Part shown: positions 18,173-28,030 of the stretch, in pieces | Position numbering within the stretch: position 1 is the first letter of the stretch | How the letters are laid out: each line of letters opens with the position of its first letter | DNA from: a virus | Lineage: Duplodnaviria > Caudoviricetes | Direction: 5' to 3' (one strand) | Length of the DNA: 57,370 nucleotides | IMG/VR virus record: IMGVR_UViG_3300017707_001066 | Coordinates: 1 to 57,370 of that record | The notes under the pieces: generated by a model | Seen by the model: only the letters and a program-made list of their open reading frames with translations | The model's database searches: none | What the model was told of the DNA's origin: nothing | Translations under genes and position numbers: made by a program

Positions 18173-21100
18173 TACTTACAAGTTAAATTTTCTAACAATT
18201 CTTTATCAATCTTATCCATTGATTGTTTTTCAGCAGCAGCTTTTGCATCAGCCATACCATTAAGATCATTTTTTAAGAAGTCATTAAGTACTTCTGTAGA
18301 ATATTTTGCAAGATCTTTTTCATCCTTAGTAGGCTTATAAGTGGTTGCATTATCACTTGATCCATCAAGTACGTCTTTTAACATATACTGTTCATTAAAT
18401 TGATCCAATCCTACTGTATAAGGCTTTGGTCTTTTACCACCATCCTTGACTAGTGTTACCGTATTATCTTCAGTATTATAAGAAACAACTCTTACTTTAC
18501 CTCCTTCTCTAATATACGGATTTTTTTGCTTTTCACTAGTAAAGATATTAGTTTTAGCCTCATAAATGTCACCTTTTTGGATATTAGTTTCATTCATTAT
18601 AGGTAATTCATTGTTAGCTATTTCCTGTTCTCTTTGTGCAAGTAAACTGTTTAAATTATTTATACCTTCTGAAGTAATAATTAAGTCATCACTGATAGCT
18701 TCATTAAGCAATTTTCTAGCTTTCTCAATATCAGTTGCAGTACTAATTTCTTTAGTTAAGTTAGCTACTGTAGTTGGGTCATCTAACTTACCTTCTAAAC
18801 CTTCTTTTGCAATGATATCATCTCTTAAAAGCTTAAGGTCTTCAATCTTAATCTGGAGTCTTTTCTTCTCATCAGTTCTTGTATACCTTGCTTGCTCTTT
18901 AGCAGTAAGCTCACTGATAACTTGGTTAGCTTGTTTAATAGCAGTTCTTGGTCTACCATTATTAGCTTCAAAGTTTATACCCTCAACAGTAGCTATGAAG
19001 TTTTGAGTTTCACCTAAGAATTTAGTATTACCCATCAGAGTAAAGATTTGTCTTTGATAATCTGACAATTCTTTAATCTCTGTATTATCAGTACTTTGTG
19101 TTTTAAGGTACTGAATTCTTTTTACAGCCTCATGGATTAATTCAGAATAAGCTCCCATAGTAGGTGCTAAACTTTTTACTTCAGCTGCAGTAACAATACC
19201 TGATTGTTTTAATATATCTACGGCCTCTTCTTGACCTGTTGTCGGAGAAGATGTGCTTTCTGCAATTCTTTCATGGAAAGAAAATCTTTCAGCAAATGGA
19301 GAATCTTTCTTGAGCTCTTCTATAATAAAAGGACTATTGTCATCAAGATCAATATTAGCAAAGGATACGGTATTAGCTAAAGGTACAAGTGAAGCTTTAA
19401 GATCTTCAATTGTTTTCTTAGCTGCTTCTTCAGTATTTCTGTACTTATTAATGATGTTCTCATATGCTGAAGCTTTAGGAGTATTAGCTGCAGGTGGTTG
19501 TAATTCTTGTCCATTTAGAGCAGGAAGTTCTGAACCATCATCATTCCATTCAAAGTCTACTTCTTCTTCATCATCTGCTAATGGTCTTGTAGGAGCAGCT
19601 TTTTTCTTAAGTGGAAGTATCTGGTCTAACTTATCTTTGTATGCATCAGGATACAAAGGAATAAACATACTACTCTTTGTTTCTGATTCATCTACATCAA
19701 AGTCAATGTCTCCTGCTTCAGTAACTACATAATTACCATTATCATCTTTAGGGAATAGTAATTGTTTGTAAATAGTTTCTGTTGTAGGTTTACCAGCTTT
19801 AATAATCTGATTAGTTTCTTTATTAGTAACTCTTTGAACAGGAAGTAATGCTACTTTAGCTTTTACACCAATCATGTTCTCTAACATTCTAGCATAAGCA
19901 CCTTGCTGTAAAGTATAGTTTTCTCTTTTTGAGAAATACTTTTTAGTAGCATTCTTTAGTCTATTAACTTTATTAAAGTTATTCCACTTAGTTTCACTAC
20001 CAGTTTTAAGGTCTACAATAAAGATATTACCTTTTCTGTCTGCCATAACAAGGTCAATCTCCCCGGCAATTCTATCTTTAGAACCATCAGGCTTAGTAAT
20101 ATCTGAATCATATACTACAAGACCTCTACCTACAATATAAACTTCTCTATCATCTACTCTTCTTTTAAGCTCAGTAAGATACCCTGTTTCACCAAAGAGG
20201 TTGTCATATGCTTCTCTAGTAATAATCTTCTCATCAAACTCTGGCTTAATACCTTTTTCAAAGTAGTCTTTAGCATCATCTACAAAGTTTCCTACAATTC
20301 TACCATCTTCATAAGATCTTTCTGCAGCAAACTTTTGAATAAGCTCTCTTGTAGTATCAGAAGAAGCTATATCTTCAACTGCTAATTGATCTACAATAGA
20401 TTTTACTTTATTAATATTTTGTTCTACTACAGTTCTTGTATTAGGTAACTCATTATCAATAGGAGTTAAATCTTTATTTATAAAGTTATCTATATGATTA
20501 CCTTTTCCAGGGACTTTTGGAACATCCCATTCTCTAATATCTCCAATATTTATATCTAGTTCTTGTGATAGTGCTTTTAAAATAGGGCTACCATAGTAGT
20601 CATTTATTTCTTGGCCGGATAATTTATTTAACCAACCTTCATCACTGATGCCAAAAATCGGATACCATTTACCTGAGGTAACATCAACTTTACCACCACT
20701 ACCTGTAGATAGATAGAATGGAACATTAATACCATTTACTGAAAGGACAACAATTTTTCTACCATTATAATCAATTATATCTGAAGTACCTTTAAGATAT
20801 TTTTTACTACTAGTAGCATCATCCCATACAACAGTATCATAATCAATAGCTAATCTATTCTTTACAATATCTGCAGCTAATTTGGTGTTTTTAGGAGACT
20901 GTGCTCGTTCTAACTCAACTTCAAGATCTTGTTTTTGCTTAGTAAGTAGAGCAGCTCTTTTAGAGTTATCATCTGCATATGCCGCAGCAATCTTCTCATC
21001 AAGCTTGGCTAAATTCTTATTAATCTTATCAACATAAAGTTCCTGATCAATCTGAACTTTTGATTTACCTTCCAAGCTTTCTACAAACTGTTCTAACTCA

Positions 21101-24100
21101 TCATATAGTTCACTGTTAAAACCATCTAGTTCTTCAGCTCTAATCTGAGCCATGAAGTTCATTGCAGATGTTTTGTTTAAACCATCTTTACCAATAGTTT
21201 TATTAAATATTGTATCAATGGTTGGGGCAGACTTATATGTATAGTCTTTACTTTCTACATCACGGATAGCATTAGTAACTCTTCTATGGATAAGACCTTT
21301 AATTCTATAAGCAATGTCTCCTTTTTTAAGTCCGGTAGTAGGGTCATCTTCAGTAAGCATGTAGCCTTCTTCAACACCCTCTTGTTGCTTAATAAGATTT
21401 TGTATAGCTTTAATAGATTTCTTCTGTTCAGGAGTATAACCTTTTAAAGTCATAGCATCTATGATCTTCTCAATGTTGGCTACTTCTACATTGAACTTTT
21501 TAATCTGCTCAGTGAGTTGTTTCTTTTCTTCAGCATCTTCAGATAAATCTTTAGCTTGTTGAAGAGCTTTAATTCTATCATTAATAAGATCCTGATAAAC
21601 TCTTAAGTCTTTGATAGACTTACCTTTAGTACTAATAGTGTTACCTTCAAAAGTAAAAGTATAGTCAGACTTTTCTTCATCTGCTGCTGCAGTTTTGTCT
21701 TTCTTGAACTGTTCTTCTACTCTTTGTTTTTCTTTATTGTACTTATTAGTAATCTTTTCTACTTCTTTAGGATCAGGCATTCCTGTTTCAGGATCTTTAG
21801 GTAATGCATCTATGTCAGCTTTCATGTCAGCATCAAGCTTATCCATTTTGCTTTGATACTCCTTGTTTACAAACTCAGATTTAGGTTTCTTAACCGTCTC
21901 TCTAAGTTCTGCCATCTTAACAAAGTACTCACGGTATATTTGGTTATACTCTTCAGTACCTCTTTTGTAGACTTTATTAGTTGCAGCATTAAATATTTCA
22001 GTTGGAGGAGTATTGTTATTTACATACTCCTGGAAGTCTTCAGCACTAATAAACAATGCTTCATCTGCTAAAGCATTTAAAAGACTGTTCATCTCTACTT
22101 TAGTGATCTGATCTAAGATCATTTTAGTATAGTACTCTTCTCTATTATGATAGAGTTTATCCATCCATTCCGAGTTTCTTTGAACTAGGTCAATAAAATT
22201 CTCAGGGTTGTTTAAAGCTTCTACATACTTAGCAACTTCTTTATACTCATCATTAAGTTTATAGAAGTCTAGTAGTTGCTCAAAGCCAGCATCTAAGTCT
22301 TCATCAAAAAGAATCTCATCTTGCTCAAGGCCTAAAGTTTTTAAGTACTTGTGATGAGAATCTCTAAGTGATTTAATATATGGTAATGCTAAGTTCTCAT
22401 CACTAGATGAACCAAGTTTCTGATCCATTCTCTCAATAATTTGTTCTTGAGTTGGTTCAGCACCTAATTCTTTTTTAAGTTCAGCAATGATTTCTCCAGC
22501 ATATTGACCACGGCTAAAGAATCTGTTAAACCCTTCATAAGCTTCAGAGTAAGACTGTAATGAAGCAATCTTATCTTCTAAAGATTTAATTCTTTTTGCA
22601 TTAGGTTTTGGACTAGCTTTTTCAGCAGCCAATTCTGTTTCAAATAAACCTACTTGATTAATTAAAGCATCCGGTTTAAAGATAGCTGTAGAATCTGTAC
22701 TATTTAGAACATTAAACCCTTTACCTTGTGTATACTTAGTTTTAATTGAAGTTAACCTAGATTTTACATCTTCAAATGTTTCATTAAAGTATACAGCATT
22801 ATTTACTGCTTTATTCCAAGCATGGTATGTTAATGCTTTACTGTGATAGTCTGGATCATTTTCATCCAAAGACATTACATCAATTGGATTAGGGTACTTA
22901 CTTGTATAAGCTTTTTTCTTAGCTTTTACAGAATCTAATTTTTGTATAGACTGATCTATTCTGGATTTATACTTAGGAATTTCTTCTTGAGCAATACCAC
23001 CCATAGCATCCATAAACTCATCATCCGTCATTTCTTTGAATGATCCAAGTTTATCTTTAAACTGATCAACAGTACCAGTTTCCATCATGAAAGAAACACT
23101 GTCTACAAAAGCTTGATTCTCTGCATCAAGAGCTTCTTTCTTTGTACCTGTTCTTTTAATTTGAGCAGCAATATCTTGTGCACCTAAATTGTAAACATTA
23201 TCTGATAAAAACTCTCCAATTTTTACATCATTGAGTTGCTTAACTAAGTTTGAAGCAATATTTTCTTTATCAGTTTTCCATTTAGTATATGCTTCTTTTT
23301 TAAAGATTCTATTATACTGTACACTTAAGAAAGGAATAGCACTATTAACTGGGGCAGCAAATGTACCCATTAAAAAACCAGATGCAAATGTTTCAAGACC
23401 TTGTCCTGAAAACTGCTTACCTAATTCTTCTCTAAAGTAATCACCTCTTTGTCTAGCAAGACTATCTTTAATTGCAGCTTTAGAATACTCATAGCTTGAT
23501 CTAGCATCAGAACCAAATGTATCAATGTAATATCTCTCATTAGCTCCTGCAATAACTTCCTGTAAGTTTTCTTGGATACCTTCAGAGAAGTTAGCCTTAA
23601 AGTATTTTACAGTACCTAATGCCGATTTGCTAAGAGGATCTCTATACCAGCTTTTAGCTAAGTTTTTAAGATTGTTTTTTTCAAAAGCAAAAGCTTTTGT
23701 AGTTTTATCATAAACTACTTTACCAAGTTTACCGAACTTACCACTCTCATATTTAGCAATATCATCAGTAACTGATTTTAAATAGTTGCGGATACCACCT
23801 CTTGGTCCAGTAATATTATCAAATGTAATTTTATTAGATAGGTATATAAGTCCGGTGTTTAAGTATAGAGTACTTAAAGAAGCTTCCTTAGCTTGTTTTC
23901 TAAATTCATACTCATCTTTATCTGTAGGTGCAACACCAGTTGCTTCATAGTGCTTGTTATATAGTTCATCAAACACTTTGTTTTCATTCATACCAGCCTC
24001 AAGTCTAGCTTCAGATAAAGCCATGTTAAGGTTTCTAACATCACGATAGAACCCTCCAGCAGTCTTGGATATTTTAGCTAAGTTAGTTAAGTTATCTACT

Positions 24101-25098
24101 TTAGATAAACCCCCTAAAGCATCCATAGTATTCTCTAATGGATTCAATACTCTTCCTAGATTACTTCTTAATCCAGCATCTGCAGCTTCCCAAAACTTTC
24201 TTGCTTCAGGTAAGTTACTAAATGTCTTAAGACTTTGACGTAATGCTTTGGCACCATCGGTTACCATACCAAAGCCTCTAAATATTTTACTAGCTTTATT
24301 TACATTATTAGCAGTTGTAAATGCAAAACTTGCTCCACCAGTAATTGGAGCTAAAACAGCTCCTGCAATTTCTTCTACCACAGCTTCTCCAATGATACCT
24401 GCAGTATAACCAAAGTTCATTAAAGTATTGTTGAAGAAACTACCAAAGCCACCTTTAGTAGACTGACCTATAGCTGCAGCTTCTTCATACAATCTAGCAT
24501 CTTCTAAGTCAGCACTTGTAAAGTCCCCTTGAATCATTTTGGCTAAACTCTTAGGTCCAGACCAAAAACCATTCTTTAATAACGGAACAAATGAATGTGT
24601 AAGCATTCTATTAGCATCATCCCACCAAGTGGTTGCAGCATTAAAGTTTGCTTCATTATTTTTAAGTGGGTGAAACCCTACTTTATCAAAAGTCTCTTGA
24701 CCATATGCTGCATATCTTTTATAGAATGCGTTTCCGGATGGACCAGAATCATAAGAGTATATTTTTCCATATACATTCTGATCTTGATTGGCTTGGTATA
24801 AAGAGTTTATGTATGCTTCATAAGAATCTCCAAAATCTTTTGGGCTTGCTTTTGGATTTGGTCCTGGAGCATTGGGAGCATTACCTACTACATTATCTCT
24901 AATTGCTCTGTTAGGTAAATCTGCTTTTGGTTGTGGGTATGCAGGATAGTAAACATCTGGAAAATTAATAGATTGTGGTCTAGGCATTCTTCCTTCAAAA
25001 GGAGAAAGACCTTGTGAATCTAATACAGGTCTATTAATTTTTCCAAACTCTGGACCCAATGAATCCAGAGGATTAAATACTTCAGTTTCTTCTGCCAT
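18172..25098 (-). CDS. Large virion ejection/cargo protein (2308 aa) with an internal PD-(D/E)xK nuclease-like domain
   Basis: IAGEIDLVMADRKGNIFIVDLKTG...YTLQQGAYARML motif (~19880-20075), a Gly/Ala-rich hydrophobic N-terminal region and coiled coils. TAATG coupling to the RNAP gene. Confidence 0.7.
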   Translation of the reverse strand: MAEETEVFNPLDSLGPEFGKINRPVLDSQGLSPFEGRMPRPQSINFPDVYYPAYPQPKADLPNRAIRDNVVGNAPNAPGPNPKASPKDFGDSYEAYINSLYQANQDQNVYGKIYSYDSGPSGNAFYKRYAAYGQETFDKVGFHPLKNNEANFNAATTWWDDANRMLTHSFVPLLKNGFWSGPKSLAKMIQGDFTSADLEDARLYEEAAAIGQSTKGGFGSFFNNTLMNFGYTAGIIGEAVVEEIAGAVLAPITGGASFAFTTANNVNKASKIFRGFGMVTDGAKALRQSLKTFSNLPEARKFWEAADAGLRSNLGRVLNPLENTMDALGGLSKVDNLTNLAKISKTAGGFYRDVRNLNMALSEARLEAGMNENKVFDELYNKHYEATGVAPTDKDEYEFRKQAKEASLSTLYLNTGLIYLSNKITFDNITGPRGGIRNYLKSVTDDIAKYESGKFGKLGKVVYDKTTKAFAFEKNNLKNLAKSWYRDPLSKSALGTVKYFKANFSEGIQENLQEVIAGANERYYIDTFGSDARSSYEYSKAAIKDSLARQRGDYFREELGKQFSGQGLETFASGFLMGTFAAPVNSAIPFLSVQYNRIFKKEAYTKWKTDKENIASNLVKQLNDVKIGEFLSDNVYNLGAQDIAAQIKRTGTKKEALDAENQAFVDSVSFMMETGTVDQFKDKLGSFKEMTDDEFMDAMGGIAQEEIPKYKSRIDQSIQKLDSVKAKKKAYTSKYPNPIDVMSLDENDPDYHSKALTYHAWNKAVNNAVYFNETFEDVKSRLTSIKTKYTQGKGFNVLNSTDSTAIFKPDALINQVGLFETELAAEKASPKPNAKRIKSLEDKIASLQSYSEAYEGFNRFFSRGQYAGEIIAELKKELGAEPTQEQIIERMDQKLGSSSDENLALPYIKSLRDSHHKYLKTLGLEQDEILFDEDLDAGFEQLLDFYKLNDEYKEVAKYVEALNNPENFIDLVQRNSEWMDKLYHNREEYYTKMILDQITKVEMNSLLNALADEALFISAEDFQEYVNNNTPPTEIFNAATNKVYKRGTEEYNQIYREYFVKMAELRETVKKPKSEFVNKEYQSKMDKLDADMKADIDALPKDPETGMPDPKEVEKITNKYNKEKQRVEEQFKKDKTAAADEEKSDYTFTFEGNTISTKGKSIKDLRVYQDLINDRIKALQQAKDLSEDAEEKKQLTEQIKKFNVEVANIEKIIDAMTLKGYTPEQKKSIKAIQNLIKQQEGVEEGYMLTEDDPTTGLKKGDIAYRIKGLIHRRVTNAIRDVESKDYTYKSAPTIDTIFNKTIGKDGLNKTSAMNFMAQIRAEELDGFNSELYDELEQFVESLEGKSKVQIDQELYVDKINKNLAKLDEKIAAAYADDNSKRAALLTKQKQDLEVELERAQSPKNTKLAADIVKNRLAIDYDTVVWDDATSSKKYLKGTSDIIDYNGRKIVVLSVNGINVPFYLSTGSGGKVDVTSGKWYPIFGISDEGWLNKLSGQEINDYYGSPILKALSQELDINIGDIREWDVPKVPGKGNHIDNFINKDLTPIDNELPNTRTVVEQNINKVKSIVDQLAVEDIASSDTTRELIQKFAAERSYEDGRIVGNFVDDAKDYFEKGIKPEFDEKIITREAYDNLFGETGYLTELKRRVDDREVYIVGRGLVVYDSDITKPDGSKDRIAGEIDLVMADRKGNIFIVDLKTGSETKWNNFNKVNRLKNATKKYFSKRENYTLQQGAYARMLENMIGVKAKVALLPVQRVTNKETNQIIKAGKPTTETIYKQLLFPKDDNGNYVVTEAGDIDFDVDESETKSSMFIPLYPDAYKDKLDQILPLKKKAAPTRPLADDEEEVDFEWNDDGSELPALNGQELQPPAANTPKASAYENIINKYRNTEEAAKKTIEDLKASLVPLANTVSFANIDLDDNSPFIIEELKKDSPFAERFSFHERIAESTSSPTTGQEEAVDILKQSGIVTAAEVKSLAPTMGAYSELIHEAVKRIQYLKTQSTDNTEIKELSDYQRQIFTLMGNTKFLGETQNFIATVEGINFEANNGRPRTAIKQANQVISELTAKEQARYTRTDEKKRLQIKIEDLKLLRDDIIAKEGLEGKLDDPTTVANLTKEISTATDIEKARKLLNEAISDDLIITSEGINNLNSLLAQREQEIANNELPIMNETNIQKGDIYEAKTNIFTSEKQKNPYIREGGKVRVVSYNTEDNTVTLVKDGGKRPKPYTVGLDQFNEQYMLKDVLDGSSDNATTYKPTKDEKDLAKYSTEVLNDFLKNDLNGMADAKAAAEKQSMDKIDKELLENLTCK

Positions 25099-25109
25099 TA
25101 TAAGTATTA

Positions 25110-28028
25110 TTAATATCTACCGTTGTAAATATCTGAATTGTATTGGTTCAGATAATCCCAGGAGTCAATTGTTTGTTGTCTAAAAGTTTCCAAGTTGTTT
25201 CCTAAAACACCGGTATTATTTCTGATAGTCTTAATATCATATTGTCCTGTTCTAGGATTATAGATAGGTGCTGCAGTTGTAACAATAAAGTCTCCTGTAC
25301 CAAGATTATTTTTTTCAACTGTAAAAGACTTTCTTGGGTCTCTTGGATCTTGATATGTATAAGGACCTACAGCGTCAACATAAGATGCTAATGGAGAAGA
25401 GAATGAATTTTGGTAAAGATCATTTTCTAACTTATCACTATCCATAAAGAATGTAATACCATTTTTAACTGCATTAATATATTCAGCTTGAGAAAGTAAA
25501 TTATCTGTTCCTTCCTCATTACCCTTGTACTGTTTTAACCAAGCAGCAGAAGGATGGAAAGTAACAGCTGATTTACCAAATTTGTTAGCTGCAATAGAAT
25601 TAACAGAAACTTCAAACATATCCATTTTAGATTTAGGATTTTGCATACTGTTTCTTATTGCATTAAGCATTGCTAGACCAACATCTCCTTTTTCTGTAGA
25701 TGCGCTATTAAATGCACTACCACTAATACCACTAAAGCTTACTCTATCTGAACTTGTATCAAACTTACCAAAAATATCATTGGCAACATTGTTAAAGATA
25801 TACTGACTCTTACCACTCTTAGGGTTAATAGTAATTGCAGTTGATCCCATTGTAAATAGGCCTGTACCTTCATCCATCATTCCAGGAGGTACTCCAGGTA
25901 ATTTATTAATAGCTGGTTTAATTACTTTAGTATTAGAATAAGCACCATGAGCAGCTTGACGTATGTCTTCATATTTAACATCTTTTTTCCAATCTGGTTT
26001 AGACACATAAGTGTTACCAGAAGTTCCCATTGTTAGAGATGAACCTGTACTAACGTATAAAGGTGTACCGCTTGGTTTATTTTTTTCTCTAACAGTATTA
26101 GGTAAAGCAGCATAAAATTGATCTTTACTTCTCATTTTACCTTTGTCATCAAAAAGATATTTAGCATATTTAAATCCATTTTGCTCTAAATTTTTAACTA
26201 CAGCTTTAGAAGATTTAATTGCCCATTGTTCATTAGCCTTTAAGTAATTATTATAATCATTAAATACTAATGATGATTTAGTATAGTTTTTAAACTCTTG
26301 TCCTTTAAGAATAGAACTTCCTGCATTATTACTTACCCAACTATTAAATTTACTTTGAATTTTAGCAAGATCTTTATGTCCAATATCATTTTGTAAAAAG
26401 TAATAACCATACTTATTAAGTTTATCAGAGAACTTCTGACGGCTAATATTCTTATAGTTATTGTGACTAAATATCTGGCTTGCTTCTTTCTCAGTCATCT
26501 GACCACTAGCAACAAGTTTATCTACCATTACAGTCATGTTTTTCATAAATGGTATACCAACATTTTCAGCATGTTGTTTTGCAATAGTCTTACTTACCAT
26601 TCTGTAATCAACTTCATCAGTTACATTTCCTTTACCTTCTGATTTAACGTAAGTGTGTTCCTGATTTTCATAAGGTACAATATTACCTTGCTCATCTTTA
26701 TAAGCTTCACCATTGTCAAGTTTTTTCTGATCACTTTCAGCTTTAACTTTAAATGCTTCTGTAAGTCTAGCTTGTTCTCCGGTTGCAGCAATTTCAGCCA
26801 TTCTTAACTTATGCTCTTGTTCATTAACTGCATATGGGTTAGCTTCCATATCAATCTCAGCATTAGTGTAAGCAAAGATGTTAGCAGCTTCAGCTAAGTC
26901 TTTTTGCATAAGAGTAGATGCCATACCATTATCTACTTTCATCCTTAAAGTTTTAATATCTCCATAAGGATTTTTAAAACCAGAAGAAGTACTAGGTGTA
27001 GATGATTGACCATCATCAAGCATTTCTGCAGATTGTTTTGCTCTTTCAAGATTCTTATTATTAACATCTCTGTTCATTTTAAGATTCTCTAATTGAGCTT
27101 CTGTATCTGGATCAGCTGTACCGTCTTTAATTTGTTTTTCTAAGTCAGCAATCCTAGCATCATAAGCTCTAGACTGTTGTTGCATACCCTTATAACGGGC
27201 CACACTTTGTTGTTTAAGAACATTAAAGCTATCCTCTAGGTACTTCATTTCAGCAGCATTCTCATCACCACCAAACATAGCAGCATTAGTCTTAGCATAT
27301 GACTTTCTATCTACATAAGCTTGTGTTGCATATACTTCTTGCACCCTAGGATCTGATCCTAATGTAGCTTCAAACAAATTACTAAGTGGTTCAATTAAGT
27401 TTTGACCATTCTTAGTTTTAATAATCCACTCACCATTCTTACCACCAAACTCAATATTTTCTACAGATAGTCCAGCTTCTTTAGCAATCTTTTGTGCTTC
27501 TTTAACAGTATTTACATATGGTGTATAAGAAGCATTACCAAAGCTAGCAGCTTCACCTGCTGTAGCATTTTTAAATTCTTCTCTTTGAAACTCTAGTGCT
27601 TGTACACCTGTATCCCAATACATAGAATTTCTTTCACCATCAGCAGAACCTTTGAAGGCCATTGCTTTATTGATCTGGCTTCTATAGTTCTTTGTCCAAG
27701 CCATATCTTTAACAAGATCTTTATCTTCATAGAATGGTTTGAACACCTGGGTTGCTTGAGTAACATTTTGCTCAAGAGATAAATCTAACTGAGAAACTCT
27801 TTTTAGATTAAATTCTATATCCTTCAGATGCTTGTCTCTTTTTTCAATATTATCATCCCGTGTAAGTTCAGCATTATAGTACTGACCATACATATTATTA
27901 AGAGCCTTCCAGTTTGTATCATACTGTGTTTGCTTAGTGCGTAACACATTATCATAGAAATTTAAGTCAGGCTGAAAAGGCTGATAGTCTGGAATAAAAT
28001 CTGTTACACCCTGGAGATAAGTAGCCAT
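25110..28028 (-). CDS. Probable virion ejection/cargo protein (972 aa)
   Basis: Long ORF with coiled-coil segments. It is the first gene of the giant-gene block. N-terminus is MATYLQGVTDFIPDYQPFQPDLNFY. Confidence 0.6.
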   Translation of the reverse strand: MATYLQGVTDFIPDYQPFQPDLNFYDNVLRTKQTQYDTNWKALNNMYGQYYNAELTRDDNIEKRDKHLKDIEFNLKRVSQLDLSLEQNVTQATQVFKPFYEDKDLVKDMAWTKNYRSQINKAMAFKGSADGERNSMYWDTGVQALEFQREEFKNATAGEAASFGNASYTPYVNTVKEAQKIAKEAGLSVENIEFGGKNGEWIIKTKNGQNLIEPLSNLFEATLGSDPRVQEVYATQAYVDRKSYAKTNAAMFGGDENAAEMKYLEDSFNVLKQQSVARYKGMQQQSRAYDARIADLEKQIKDGTADPDTEAQLENLKMNRDVNNKNLERAKQSAEMLDDGQSSTPSTSSGFKNPYGDIKTLRMKVDNGMASTLMQKDLAEAANIFAYTNAEIDMEANPYAVNEQEHKLRMAEIAATGEQARLTEAFKVKAESDQKKLDNGEAYKDEQGNIVPYENQEHTYVKSEGKGNVTDEVDYRMVSKTIAKQHAENVGIPFMKNMTVMVDKLVASGQMTEKEASQIFSHNNYKNISRQKFSDKLNKYGYYFLQNDIGHKDLAKIQSKFNSWVSNNAGSSILKGQEFKNYTKSSLVFNDYNNYLKANEQWAIKSSKAVVKNLEQNGFKYAKYLFDDKGKMRSKDQFYAALPNTVREKNKPSGTPLYVSTGSSLTMGTSGNTYVSKPDWKKDVKYEDIRQAAHGAYSNTKVIKPAINKLPGVPPGMMDEGTGLFTMGSTAITINPKSGKSQYIFNNVANDIFGKFDTSSDRVSFSGISGSAFNSASTEKGDVGLAMLNAIRNSMQNPKSKMDMFEVSVNSIAANKFGKSAVTFHPSAAWLKQYKGNEEGTDNLLSQAEYINAVKNGITFFMDSDKLENDLYQNSFSSPLASYVDAVGPYTYQDPRDPRKSFTVEKNNLGTGDFIVTTAAPIYNPRTGQYDIKTIRNNTGVLGNNLETFRQQTIDSWDYLNQYNSDIYNGRY

Positions 28029-28030
28029 GG

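Noticed and set aside
5537-18175. Programmed frameshift or readthrough fusing the giant ORFs
   Set aside because: The junctions are ordinary coupled stop/start overlaps with their own ATGs and no evident slippery heptamer or downstream structure. This cannot be fully excluded without proteomics.
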